A stretch of 59,519 bases of DNA from assembly GCA_030141605.1 (NCBI GenBank), contig JAQGDQ010001145.1:1-59519 (forward strand), given 5' to 3'. The stretch comes from Tubiluchus corallicola. Its lineage: Eukaryota; Animalia; Priapulida. The notes below the pieces were generated by a model that made no database searches, was not told where the DNA came from, and saw only the letters and a list, made by a program, of their open reading frames with translations. Each line of letters begins with the position of its first letter. Position 1 is the first letter of the stretch. Of this stretch, positions 38,758-52,345 are shown one piece after another. A program made the translations under genes and the position numbers.

Positions 38758-39663
38758 CCATAAAAAATTAAAAGTACACACAACTAATTATTGCACAAAA
38801 TCAAAAGACGGACCAACGTTACTGCTTTGTAAAAATTACTGAGTGATCATGTGCATACTTGCCAAAGTTAAGCAATGCTGGACTTAGTTATTAAATGGAT
38901 AGGTGACTGCACTTCTCAGCTGTTTAATCTACCATACCGCCTTCCACTATTTTCCTTACTGAGAAAAAGAGCGTACACATTTAAACACAGACAGGTGTCA
39001 AATTTCGAAGGATTATTCCTGATAAGAGTGGTAGATTCGTGTAGAATCATTATAATTAGGCCCTGCTATTAAGTGCTAGATAAAGGCAGGCAGCTTGAAG
39101 TGCAACACAATGCTGCCTGCCTCTTCCTTTGTACACTCATTCACTCCTACCCTCATTCAGAAGCAATCAAGCAACTAGGTCATAGCTTAGGGTGCCAAAG
39201 TGTGAGGGGCATCACATTTTAGAAAAAAATTCTTGTTCTCCTCGGAAAATGTGTATACTTTCATGTTCATGTAAAGCACATTTTATAGCACACCACAGGC
39301 AGTTACTGAGCGCAGCTTTTATATAAGTGCCAAATAACGAACAGGTGCAAGGTATAACACAACAAGAAGTTGTGCAACCTGCTTGAATATAAGTGCTATA
39401 CAAATACATGTAATTAACAACGGCCACGCAAAAACTAGGCTAATAGTGTTTCTAATACACCACAAGTAATTGTTTAACCTGCTCATTACATAAGCAACCA
39501 TAAGTTCACAATAGAGATGGGTGGGGCAAACTATCAGTCTGACGTGTTCATACGCCCCCTATCCTTAACACAACAACTAATTTACAGGACACAAATGTCC
39601 CCCCGGAAGCAAGTGGTCCCAGCAAGCGACGCGTCACGGACAACTCGTGCAAAAACACGATAC

Positions 39664-39802
39664 CTTATTGAGAGACTGTATAATGTGTGACATATCAATC
39701 CACGGCGTTCCGTCCTCCCGCACTTGGTGGAAAAGGTAATCACGAAACAATTTCAGCATGTAGCGATCTCCAGTTTCCGACCACGATGGATCCATGTTGT
39801 AC
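39664..39802 (-). CDS. PAN3: PAN3 exon (C-terminal knob domain)
   Basis: aatag|G TAC; YNMDPSWSETGDRYMLKLFRDYLFHQV...LNK|gtatcg; phases 2/0 fit neighbouring exons. Confidence 0.97.
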
Positions 39803-40020
39803 CTATTAAAAATACAAAAGACTGAAAGACAAGGTAAAGTTAGTCTTAAACTTTTACTAAAGACAAACAAAATCAGGTGAAATGTAGTTTGTCTTTACGA
39901 TGTTCTGCTACTGTCTGTAGTTTATATTATTTACCACTCAGTTGGTTTCTGATCGGTTGTTTCACATCAAATATTATGAAATTTGACCGAAACCAACCAA
40001 CCTACTACAAGATCTAGTTT

Positions 40021-40515
40021 TTTCTTCTTCCCAGCTTTTTCCTATGCGGGGTCGCCGTTGTGAATGAGTCTTCTCCACGCATTCCTGTTGTTGACCATCT
40101 CTTCATTTATGTCTTCTCTTCCCACATGATCTTCACCGACTCTTCTTTTCAGGTGTCCATACCATCGCAATCTTGCGAGGCTTCCACTACTTTTACTGTT
40201 CCTCTGATATTATTATTTCTAATTTATCTCTTCTTGTTATTCCCACCATCCATCTCAACATCCTCATCTCCACCACACGCATTTTCTTCTCTTCGGTCTT
40301 CTTTAGAGAAGCTGCTTCCAGCCCGTAGATTAGAGCGGGTCTGACCACTTCTTTGTGGACTTTCCCTTTCAGTCTCACCGACTCATTCATAGAAGGTTTT
40401 GGCACAGTTCTTACAGGTGGATGCCCTTCCTGACCCTAACCCTCCCTATTTATCCGGGCTTGGGACCGGCACTGAGTTGAGCTGGCTTGCCCCCCCCCCC
40501 CCCAGTGACTAGGTT
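40021..40515 (-). mobile_element. Non-autonomous, internally deleted RTE-clade LINE
   Basis: 5' UTR with twister motif joined directly to ORF C-terminus LKGKVHKEVVRPALIYGLE..EMRMLRWMVGITRRD, then GGCGACCCC and a (GAA)n tail. Confidence 0.85.
40438..40515 (-). ncRNA. Twister ribozyme core (type P1, P1 5' strand missing)
   Basis: AA-CCUA(P2)-GU-CACUG..CAGUG(P3)-CCGG(P4)-UCCCAAGC-CCGG-AUAAA-UAGG(P2')-GAGGG matches the eukaryotic twister consensus. Confidence 0.85.
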
Positions 40516-40549
40516 CCACAAGCGTATAATCAATTAGCTCCAGCAGCCT

Positions 40550-40870
40550 TTTACATACATTAAATACATTAAATACACTAAGAAGTACATTAAAATGCAA
40601 TGAAAAACTATAATTTTACATACATAAACATACACGATCATCAAGTATGCATTAAAATTACATACATTAAATACACTAAGAAGTACATGAAAATGCATTG
40701 AAAAACTATAATTTTGCATACACAAACATACACGATCATCGAGTATGCATTAAAAGTACATACATTAAATACACTAAGAAGTACATCAAAATGCACTGAA
40801 AAAATCAATTTTACATATACAAATATACACATATCGTCAAAAGCACAAAAAATCTCATACATTAAAGCAA
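40550..40870. repeat. 98-bp tandem repeat, ~3 copies
   Basis: AAATACACTAAGAAGTACAT at 40571, 40669 and 40767. Confidence 0.88.
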
Positions 40871-41192
40871 ATTAAACAAACATTAAAATGCGCTGAAGAA
40901 CATGATTATTGATACACATAACACATACATATCTTCAAATGGGCACAATATTACACAGATTCTAACACATTATGAAACAGCAATATATAAAGTATAATTA
41001 TACTATTAATGACTATTGGTAAACATCCCGGTGTAAACAAAACAAAACAGCACATGAAAGGTAAAATTGTTTCACGGAAAGAGAGACCTACATACAGACC
41101 ATATTTCAATTTCCGTATTTATCTAAACACAAAGATTTTAGTCTGATCTTATATCAATAGCGACTGCTGGTGATCAAGCTTATAAAGCTTTT

Positions 41193-41482
41193 ACCAGACG
41201 GTTTAGTCTAGTGGTAATGCGTCTGCTTTCCGTCTGGGAGGTCGTGAGTTCGAACCAGCGGCCGGGTCATACCAAAGACTTTAAAAATGGTACCTGCTGT
41301 TGCCCTGCCTGACGCGTGGTATTTAGGGTAAAAGTGGGGTAATAATAGTCTCTGTTATGTAGTTGTAGGTTGTTATTTACAGTCGGCGATAATAGCTCTT
41401 TGAGCTAATGTTAATTGTTGACCCAAAAGCTGACTTTAAATAAAGATTATTATTATTATTATTATTATTTTATTATTGTTGC

Positions 41483-41557
<75 letters not shown>
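41193..41557 (+). mobile_element. tRNA-derived SINE (Meta/MESC-domain type), copy 4, full length
   Basis: A box TAGTCTAGTGG, B box GAGTTCGAACC, Meta-like core, AATAAAG followed by an (ATT)n tail. Confidence 0.9.
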
Positions 41558-41558
<1 letters not shown>

Positions 41559-42419
41559 AAACCTTGTATTTCAGTGAGGCCTCTGCCAATGAAACAGTTC
41601 ACAATATCTTAACTTCTGGTACTTCTACCCTCTAAAATTGTCGTTGCTTTACACTGACTGATTGACAAACGTAACAACCATCATATGGTGATGCACTCAT
41701 GTTTAAAGAAGTAAGAAGAAGTGGTGACTTAATTTAATAGATCAAGGCAGCACTTCGGAAAACTTTTGCCGTCATTGAGAAGACTTTACGGGTTCATTAG
41801 CGATGCTGCTCACACCGTCGGACGATAATGCTCCCTAAGCCCATACATCTTAACGTTTCACAAACATTCATAATAGATGTTCTTGTGTTAATTATGAATG
41901 CTCTTGTGTTAATCCTGTCAGCGATAGCCGACTGATCTTGTTACTTTTCAAACAGCAGAGGAAGGCACTTTGTCGTCACCGGGTTAGATGATGATGTTTA
42001 CGTTTCTGCGCGGGTACCAACTTGGATAAACAATGGCGCCGTATCGAATGTTTCTATAAACCTCGAGTAAAACTATCTCTCCGTATTGCGTTACACAAGA
42101 AATTGAGTGGAATTGGATGATTAGATCTCTAGCATCCTACATACTTGTAGAGTATTTCCACGTTCATTCATCAGAAAATCAGTGAAAATTTTCAAACGTT
42201 CGAAACGCATTTATTGCTGACGAAGAAATAAAATTGAACAGTGACAGTGAATAGATTAATGATTTACATGTTTAAACACTAAACTCTGGTGATGAGGAAG
42301 ATATACAAATCTAAAAAATGTAGAAATATCAGTGACATAATCATGACTGCAAATCATACAATACACAATAATGACGAATCTGCACAAATTGTTTAATGTA
42401 TAAAAAAGATTTTACTTAC

Positions 42420-42484
42420 TCTGGCCGTTCATTGATTGTTCCCAGTTTTGTTAGCAATCGAAAGAGTCGACCACTCTCAACTTC
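42420..42484 (-). CDS. PAN3: PAN3 exon (65 bp)
   Basis: ttttctag|GAA; EVESGRLFRLLTKLGTINERP(E)|gtaagt; phases 0/2. Confidence 0.96.
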
Positions 42485-43352
42485 CTAGAAAAGCAAGGAA
42501 AGCTCCCATCATTTATTTAGACAGGAAAATTCATTTCAATATGTTTACATACTAACACAGAACAGAATAGTGAATATGCGATTTGTTCATAATGGGTTTC
42601 ATTGTTATCGACTTTAGAATATGAAAAAATGTTCTGTGAACGTCAGCATGTTGCCTATTTATTCAACTTTATATAAGTGCCACATAACGAACAGGTGCAA
42701 GGTATAGCACAACAAGAAGTTGCGCAACCTGCTTGAATATAAATACATGTAATTAATAATCACACAGATTCAATTTAATTAAAAAATAATCAGAAATTTC
42801 AAAAATATCAGCTACTTCTGGTACTCTTACAACTTTGTATATTGCGATTCTGAAGGGAAACGTCTTAGTGTAAATGCACCCATAAACTGTGGGCAGTGAA
42901 ACTTTATCCTATAGCTGAATGCATGAAGTTAAGCAGTCCTAGAAGTAGCTAGCAAGTGGATGGGCGGGTAGATACAAGAAAAACTCGTTTTGGGCAGTTT
43001 TGTTTGCATTGCTGCCCTGAGTTTTTCTCTTGTTGAGAGAAGGTGCATATACATCCAAACATCTCTGTATGTCCAGTGAGTCAGGTCATTGCATGTCCAG
43101 CGTGTCAGGTCACTTGTTCTCCCGGGACTGATAATGAGTAAATATATGGATCCAGAATAACCATAACCACGTTGGCACTGTGTTAAGAGGTGAAGCGCCA
43201 ATTTACAGTAAGCTAAATCGGCTTAATTTTGGTTGAATCATCAATAAAGACGAATTTAATTTACACAAGCACAATAAACCAGGAAACATAAATTAAAACA
43301 ATAAAAACATAAAAAGAAAGAGCCACATTTAGGCCCGCTATTTTACCTTTAA

Positions 43353-44003
43353 AGCACAAGAACCCCCCCCCCCCCCACTTACATAGAGCTTAAAAAATTC
43401 GTCTTGAAATTTTATGTCAGTTACATACTGCCTTTTGCAATACAGGGCTTGCATCGGCATGTAAATTTAAACTTAACCGTTAGGCGCAGCCATTTTGATG
43501 GTAGGTCATTTGAAACAAGTTTTGATAACATTGTGTAAAGTTTGAAAAAATAATCAGAGCATTCATAGCATACATGTTACTAACTAAGAAAATTTTTATA
43601 TTGCTGTATCTTGTCAATAAGATTGAAAATACGTTTTTGGATAGTGAGTGGCGCACCCTAGAGGGTGAGTCAGCGACATTTCAGCAATTGGCACGAACAT
43701 TTTCAATTATTATTTCTAGTTACGTAAGTCTTTCCACCAGGCAAGCAAAATGCTAAGTAATATAGATTTGCATGGAAATTGTTTTGACATGACTTAAAAT
43801 TTCCTTTTCTTCCCTTGATTTACGTTTGCATAGGTGACGTCACATAATGGCGCCGTCGGAACAGTATTGCGGGAGATTTAAAATGAAAACAAACAAAAAT
43901 TCCTTTCAACACGAATATGACATACGCATAAAATTGCCGTAAAGTAACAATTTTGTAAGGCGATTTTTCTAAAACCTACTTCAGGTACCCCTTTTCTTGT
44001 CCT
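43353..44003. mobile_element. Kolobok-like element, family B, complete copy
   Basis: TTAA|AGCACAAGAA ... TTCTTGTCCT|TTAA; inverted relative to the 10038 copy. Confidence 0.75.
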
Positions 44004-45559
44004 TTAAAAAATGATTCGTACCTAAATACAGGCTCTAAAAGCAATCAACTTATCAGCATTCTAGAACATCACCTGTTTAATTCATGAGCAAATCTTAACA
44101 GCAAAACCACAAATTGGTGCATGAATATTAAATGGGACCCACCCAAAGCTTGACAGAACACCCCCCAGCGTGAAGCACACGCCCCAGTTCACCCGGCACA
44201 CCCACCTAAACAAATTTTCACCCTTCTCACAACAGCTGACAAGCGAGAGCAACACGAAAAATTGCGTCCGCAGTGGATAAAAACCACAATGTGTGGCAGA
44301 CAATAAAAGAACACAAGCAGCTGGATACAAGTATTGTGCATTGTTTATGAGACAATGGGATACGAGTATTGTACATTGTTTAGGAGACGGCAATGATTTC
44401 TGAGCACTAGGATGGAACCACAGCAAACGTGTGTTACAGAGAGATGATAAGAGAGCACAATAAAACAGCTGTTTGATGGTTGAAAGAACTTGGTTTACTG
44501 ACTGAGTTTTAAAACACGTTAAACTAACACATATTTAAACATACATTGTGGTGAATTCAAATGTAGGAATGCAGACTAGCCAGTGACCAGTGAGAATCAC
44601 ACATATAACTGACCATTCTTGCTATAATCATTATCAATTATTAATAATCGTCTTAAGCTATAATTTGATTTATAATTCTATGCTCGTTAATTATTTTACG
44701 TCCTCCTGTTAATTGTGTTTGTAAATATTTCCAGATGCTTAAGATTTGAGATAAAATACCAAAAATGACCTTATGGAATTACGATATACTTGGATGGTTA
44801 TTCAGTTTGCAGATGTGAATTTAGTGAAACACTTATAGTCAAACCTGTGGTAAGTGGTGCGTGCCCTAGCTATGATTATGGCTGCATGTGGTCAGTATCA
44901 GTTAACAGTTATGCTATATGACAAAGTATTGATTAATTTTTAATTTGTAACTTAAAATTATTTTCACATCTTACTGACTAATCCAGCTATGCAAGTATAA
45001 CATATGCATGCGCTAGTAACTAACAACTGCTGCTATACAAGAATAATGATTTAGATAAAATAAAATAATTTAATTTACATTTACATTATAGTTTAATTTA
45101 CTAATCTATTTGTACTAGTCTTGTTATTAAATTAGTAGAAGGGTGGTAGACTCGATGATCTTTCGGTCTTTTCACCATCCTGTCTCTCTTAGTAGTCACA
45201 TCATTTGTTAATGCTATGTTGATGATGTTATTGAGACAAATAAATTTTTCTGTCTGTCTGTCTGCTATACTGTGAAGATAAGCAGGATGTCAAAAACTGT
45301 TAAAGGGAACTATAATAGGGCCACCAGTTGAAAATGCTTCCTTCTTTCTCATTAAAAGAAACCACCCCACTATGCACAACATTAATATACTGCTACTAAC
45401 ACTGTTTACACTTTAATCATCTATTAAAAAATTGTACATAATTGAGCTCTAAAAGAAGCCAGGAGAGTTTTAATGAAGCCAATTATTGGATTAAACAAAT
45501 GCTAGCTATTATCTCCACAGATACACCAGCAAATCTCAGACCAGTGACAAAATTACAGA

Positions 45560-46160
<601 letters not shown>

Positions 46161-46435
46161 ACCAGATCAAATGTTATTTTAGACTACATAATGATCTGTC
46201 TAACCTTAGCAATCCTTGTTATAATGGAAAATAAAAGAACCTGTCAGGTTTCCAACTCCACCGTTCGGAAATTTGTAGTTCGTTTTTGCAAAAAGTTTTG
46301 ATTTAAGTTCTCAGCCAGGATGAGAAAAAACTTCTTAGAACTCTTAAGATGGTAGAAAACAGAGAGAAACTTCATTTATGGTACGGTCAAAATGCTTCCT
46401 ATAGTCACGCCAATTCGAAACTAGAAAATTAGGAC

Positions 46436-47540
46436 CGAAAGTGGACAAATGCGGATTACGGAGCCCGGAACAGCTTCGGATACTTTTCAAAGATGCAAGA
46501 AACAAGCATCCATGCAAGCAGCTCATAGAAAAGCTAAGCTCTGCTCCGAAAGTGGACAAATGCGGATTACAGAACCCGGAACAGCTTCAGATTCTTTTCA
46601 AAGATGCAAGAAACAAGCATCCATGCATGCAGCTCATAGAAAAGCTCAGCTCTGCTCCGAAAGTGGACAAATGCGGAATACAGAGCCCGGAGCAGCTTCG
46701 GATTCTTTTCAAAGATGCAAGAAACAAGCATCCATGCATGCAGCTCATAGAAAAGCTAAGCTCTGCTCCGAAAGTGGACAAATGCGGAATACAGAGCCCG
46801 GAGCAGCTTCAGATTCTTTTCAAAGATGCAAGAAACAAGCATCCATGCATGCAGCTCATAGAAAAGCTAAGCTCTGCTCCGAAAGTGGACAAATGCAGAA
46901 TACAGAGCCCGGAGCAGCTTCAGATTCTTTTCAAAGATGCAAGAAACAAGCATCCATGCATGCAGCTCATAGAAAAGCTAAGCTCTGCTCCGAAAGTGGA
47001 CAAATGCGGAATACAGAGCCCGGAGCAGCTTCGGATTCTTTTCAAAGATGCAAGAAACAAGCATCCATGCATGCAGCTCATAGAAAAGCTAAGCTCTGCT
47101 CCGAAAGTGGACAAATGCGGAATACAGAGCCCGGAGCAGCTTCGGATTCTTTTCAAAGATGCAAGAAACAAGCATCCATGCATGCAGCTCATAGAAAAGC
47201 TAAGCTCTGCTCCGAAAGTGGACAAATGCGGAATACAGAGCCCGGAGCAGCTTCGGATTCTTTTCAAAGATGCAAGAAACAAGCATCCATGCATGCAGCT
47301 CATAGAAAAGCTAAGCTCTGCTCCGAAAGTGGACAAATGTGGATTACGGAGCCCGGAACAGCTTCAGATTCTTTTCAAAGATGCAAGAAACAAGCATCCA
47401 TGCATGCAGCTCATAGAAAAGCTAAGCTCTGCTCCGAAAGTGGACAAATGTGGATTACGGAACCCGGAACAGCTTCGGATTCTGTTCAAAGATGCAAGAA
47501 ACAAGTGTCCATGCAAGCAGCTCATAGAAAAGCTATGCTC
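46436..47540. repeat. 111-bp satellite, ~10 copies
   Basis: CCGAAAGTGGACAAATG at 111-bp spacing; unit length is a multiple of 3, giving long ORFs. Confidence 0.96.
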
Positions 47541-48618
47541 TTACGTCACCGTCAACTTTTTCCACTACCTGTCCTTCTGTCACACAATCACTGGTAATGC
47601 ATGCACTTAACGCGGCACTCAACGGACTTTGACAAGTCATAAATTATACAATGAAAAATGTGCATTGATCACGTCGCATCCGACGCATATTTATGCGTTT
47701 TATTTATGAACATCTCTGCACAATGGTGCACATATCCATAATGGTAAAACTTTAAAACTCCTCGCTTCAATAGACAATATGAAAGAACCAAGGACGAAAG
47801 TCCACTTGGAACGATCGGATTTTCACATTTATTGCAAAAGTGGCAGCCATTTTATAAAGTCTCGAATGAGATTTGTCAATCCGCAAAAAATAGCAGATCT
47901 ATTACTAGATTTAAAAAATGCTAAAAAATCAAATTTTAAGTAAGTATCAGTGAGTAATCAAAATTTCTATCAGTATCCATCCTCACAGTAGTTGCAAAAC
48001 AGTGGTGTTATTTTAATCAAGTTATTTTAATTTTACATACTATTAACAAATAATAGTCTTTCTATGTTTTATATCATCCCATATATGAGCTTCATTCATT
48101 ACATCATTCCATTTTAAGCACTAATGTTTTCTTTATCACGATTCACTTTAAATTTTCAGATTATTTCCATTACTTTTTTTTCTTTCACTGTGTGGGACAA
48201 TCTAACAATCCCTGCTTTTCGATTGCCCGCAACACATTTACCTTTGTGTATAAGTGAACAGTGTTTGAGGCTTTTCCTGTGCAGTATTTCTTATTTGTAT
48301 TATGTTCATTGTAGGCCCTTTCACTAGATATTGTACATGAAACTATTGTAAATGTGTAATGTGAAATAAATGACTTATGACTTATAAAAAATAAAAATCT
48401 TTCATCTTTCAGCAGAATTTTGAAGAACGGGTCTAGGTAGCAGGGAGGTTTAACGAAGAAAATGTGTAATTAACCACAGTTTGTACATTTTTCATAACTT
48501 TAAAGTTTCAGAGAACAACGTCAGTGAATTTTTCACATTCAGCAGAATAAACTCACAAGTTCTACCTGTTCTGTAAACATTAAAATTCTAAACTTCTATG
48601 TTCACAACCAGATATAAC

Positions 48619-48950
48619 CAGGACCTATTTCAGAGGGGGGAAGTGGGGATACTTCCCCGGGGCCTCACCCTCCAGGGGGGCCTCACGCCAAGGTAACTTT
48701 TTTTTGCTTTATGCGAACATACTGCCTCATCTCTCTTGTCGCACGCACGCCGTTTGCCAGTATTGACAAGTATTAAGGACTGGTCTTGAGAATAAAGCAG
48801 TTTTTCTTTCAATTGTTCTTTCCTTTAACAACTGTATAACTATATATTTTCTCTTCGAAAATGTGTCTCCGGCGTTCTGGCAGTTCAAAACTTTTGGGGG
48901 CCTCACACGCCCCACTTCCCCGGGACTCGCTTAGGCTCAAATAGGCCCTG
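48619..48950. mobile_element. hAT MITE family A, complete copy
   Basis: CAGGACCTATTTCAG ... AAATAGGCCCTG; TSD GATATAAC/AATATAAC. Confidence 0.88.
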
Positions 48951-49201
48951 AATATAACCACTTTTAATAAGTGATATACTATTACAAGATTAAAGCAATG
49001 TCTCCGTTATTACTCTCAATAATTACAATTTATCTATTCAATTAATAAAACTATTACATATTATGCATAAATTTTACACACGCTCTTAAAAAATACATTT
49101 TACGTATAAAACAATAAAATTACAATAAAAGCACTCAAGGGGAAGTGGGAGGACGAAGTAAAAACCTCCTTCCCTTTTTAGTTGTCACTCCATTTGCAGC
49201 T

Positions 49202-49393
49202 TGCTACACTTCTACCAAAGCTACACTTTTACCAATGCTACACTTCTACCAATGCTACACTTCTAATTCTACACTTCTACCAATGCTACACTTTTTCCAA
49301 TGCTACACTTCTACCAAAGCTACACTTTTACCAATGCTACACTTCAACCAATGCTACACTTTTTCCAATGCTACACTTCCAACAATGCTACAC
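49202..49393. repeat. 17-bp minisatellite TGCTACACTTCTACCAA
   Basis: Direct, about 11 units. Confidence 0.92.
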
Positions 49394-50514
49394 TATTTTA
49401 TTTCTGAACATTACTGGTATAAGATTAGCATAATTAAATACACTAACAAGTTAAGACTGGTGAATTTTTAGCTTAACCTATGAATTTGTGCTTAACACAT
49501 AAATACTGACTTAATAAATGTGCATGGACAGAACGCAACTACTTCAGCTTAAACACCTGTGCATGCACCTGTAACTTTATGACTCTTGACAATTAACAGG
49601 TAGCTACAGGGAAACAAGACAGAAGTTGGACATATGACAGCATCAACTTGACCATATGCACAATGACGATGCTACATAATTACCTAAGCAATTTGGGCAA
49701 TTTGATTAATAATTAACGACCTCCGCCTGACTCTCAATATCACACACTATATCATCGGTGTCGGCACAGACACTTTTGTCTAGAGAAAACTTTTCAATTA
49801 TGCATGTAATTCGCAAATGGCCCTCGTTCGCTTGCACGTAACTATGGAAAGATTTTATAATGATTAATGATATACCCTCACCTACCTGCAATCAAGCTGA
49901 TTGAACAGGTAAAAATGCTAAAGATACGAGCTGAATCGAGCTCTAAAACCCATTATCCCCCGGGGAGACGTGGCGCCTGTCTTATAAATGAGATTACTCC
50001 TGGTGGTTTTAAAAATGCTAAGAGGAAATTATCTGAATTAGTAAAATCAATAGCAGCAACCTTTTCTTCAATAGCAGAAACCTTTTCTTAAATTCTGCAT
50101 TTTAGAAAGCAAATGATAAGAATTAATTATTGCCAGCAAGAAGCCATTAGCAAATAATTGACTAAAATAATGTCAACATTTTTCAAAGATCAGATGCGGA
50201 TATTGCAGTCGCGTCTGATTGTTACCGATTCTCCGCTTTTCCCACGCCAGTGCAAACTTTGTCTTTGCAAGTGCAAAGATATTAAAATTTCAAAACATTG
50301 CTTATTAAATTTGCAGCAGATTAGAAATTATTCAAGAACGATAATCTGTGCAATTAGGGAGAGCAAAATGTGCATTCATAATTAAAGAATATCGGACAAG
50401 ATTCAGCTGATCTCAAACATCAATTGCTGCATAGACTGTTTTGATTAGCTAATTAATGTTTGTCTTTAAAATGGTTTGTATTTTGCAATAATAAATGCAA
50501 ATATTAATAATTGT

Positions 50515-50893
50515 TAGGGGTCTCATGGGTAGGGGTGAGCATTCTCTACCAGAAAGCGAATTCGAATCGAACCGAATTTGTGACTTTCGAATTCGAATTG
50601 AGATCGAAAGATTTTCGAACAAGTTTTCGAACCACCAGCAAAAATTGGTTTTACAAAGATCATGCATATCACTAGATTTTGTTCTGCAATAAAACGACTA
50701 GTAATTTGCTTAAAGTTGTGTGCAGAAATCACAGCTAAATTATGCTAACTGCATGATGTTTCAATCGTTTTAGTGATAAAGAACATGTGTGATTGGAGTG
50801 ATGAATTATTTGAATCTATAGTTTTAGATTCGAATCGAGTTCGAACTAAAAAACTCGTTCGAATTGAATTCGAGCGTTCGATGCTCACCCCTA
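50515..50893. mobile_element. hAT MITE family D, second copy
   Basis: Perfect 8-bp TSD ATAATTGT (50507-50514, 50894-50901); left terminus TAGGGG present twice. Confidence 0.88.
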
Positions 50894-51644
50894 ATAATTG
50901 TAAATATCAACACTGCAGTCACTGTATGTTAAAACTGCCAAAAAGTCATTGTTTCATTATTAAAGCAAAACTGAACCCAATCTTAAACTGCAGGTCAAAA
51001 CAATCTACTCTTTAAAATATTGAAAGGAAACGTACTATTTTTTCAAAAATGACTTAGGTGAAAGAATTATTACCACACAAACACAATTTCACATTCGCGC
51101 CACTAGTTCTTCGCTATGACATGCATTTCGCCATTTGCTAGTTAGATGGGCACTAGCGCCTGCATTTCGAAAAAACAGCACACAAAAACAGATGCTGTAC
51201 CTTTCAGTTCAGATGTGTTAGTTTGTGACAAACTACACACTTTCTACAGCTCACAGCCGCTAAATTTAAAATTTGAATTTTTATCTTAAAACTTGCCTAG
51301 TTTTAGTACAAAACATTGAATATCTTACAGTAGCAATGTACTTCAATTTTCGCTTTCGCAAACACGCGCAACATGCTCGTGGAATATTTTTGTGGTTGAA
51401 AATTATGTCGGTTTGTGATGTCATTATTAGTTGGGCTTGCCCGCCGTTAACTAAGTTTTTAATTTATTATTTAATTATCAGAAACGCTTTTGCAGTATTA
51501 ATTGTGTTAAAATGTATACTTTTTATCATACTTGAAAATGCAGTAATATATGAAAAATCATCCTGTCTTCTTTTAAAGAATCACATAATTTGATGGAAAG
51601 GAAATTCTTATTTTCAATAACTGATACACTAAAAATTAAGATCA

Positions 51645-51713
51645 CAAAAATAATAATAATAATAATATACTACTACTACTAATAATAATAATAATTATTA
51701 TTAATATTATTAA

Positions 51714-51755
<42 letters not shown>

Positions 51756-51925
51756 TACTACTACTACTACCACTACCACTACTACTATCACTACCACTAC
51801 CACTACCTCTACTACTATCACTACCACTACCATTACCACTACCACTGAAACTGCCACTGCCACTGCCACTGCCACTACCACTACCACTACCACTACCATT
51901 ATTATTATTATTATTATTATATTAT
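51645..51925. repeat. Compound (AAT)/(ATT)/(ACT)/(ACC) microsatellite
   Basis: Direct; bracketed by a ~29-bp direct repeat (GATACACTAAAAATTAAGATCA). Confidence 0.92.
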
Positions 51926-52345
51926 CAATAACCGATACACTAAAAATTAAGATCATAGCTAATAACCCAATTATAATTATAATCAATGAATTGTAATTAA
52001 TCAAATTTTTTATTAATTAGTCTAGCATAAGTAAACTAATGACACAAGAATGCTGAATTGGGTGGTAAATAATTAAAAATGAATTAAAACAGGGGGATGT
52101 GGTCTACTAGTCACCACAATGATATCTCAACATCCAAGGTTAATCCCGACAATTTCAAACCTCTTTTGAGTTCGGCTTAAAAAATCGACAACTGCAGTGT
52201 CATTCCATCACTGCACCAACAATTTACATTTACTACTAAATTCAGACTAGTTTTAAAACTGCTTTTAAAGGAAAAAATTGTTTAAAAACGTGTAAAGGCT
52301 TTAAAATTAACTAATCCTATTAAAGCATTGGCAATAAATGCAAAA

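Noticed and set aside
39060-39425. Hairpin (AGGCAGGCAGC/GCTGCCTGCCT) and a segment repeated at 42668-42755
   Set aside because: Probably old SINE/LINE remnants; no family or function can be supported from the sequence alone.
41193-41265. tRNA gene
   Set aside because: It is the head of a multicopy SINE and continues into the SINE core and tail.
42145-42180. Hammerhead ribozyme (minus-strand CTGATGA...GAAA)
   Set aside because: Stem II closing pair and flanking stems do not form; the similar partial motif near 56320-56355 lacks the CUGA core.
49700-50420. Possible degraded transposase or gene fragment
   Set aside because: Multiple stops in the frames examined and no recognisable motif; cannot be assigned without a search.
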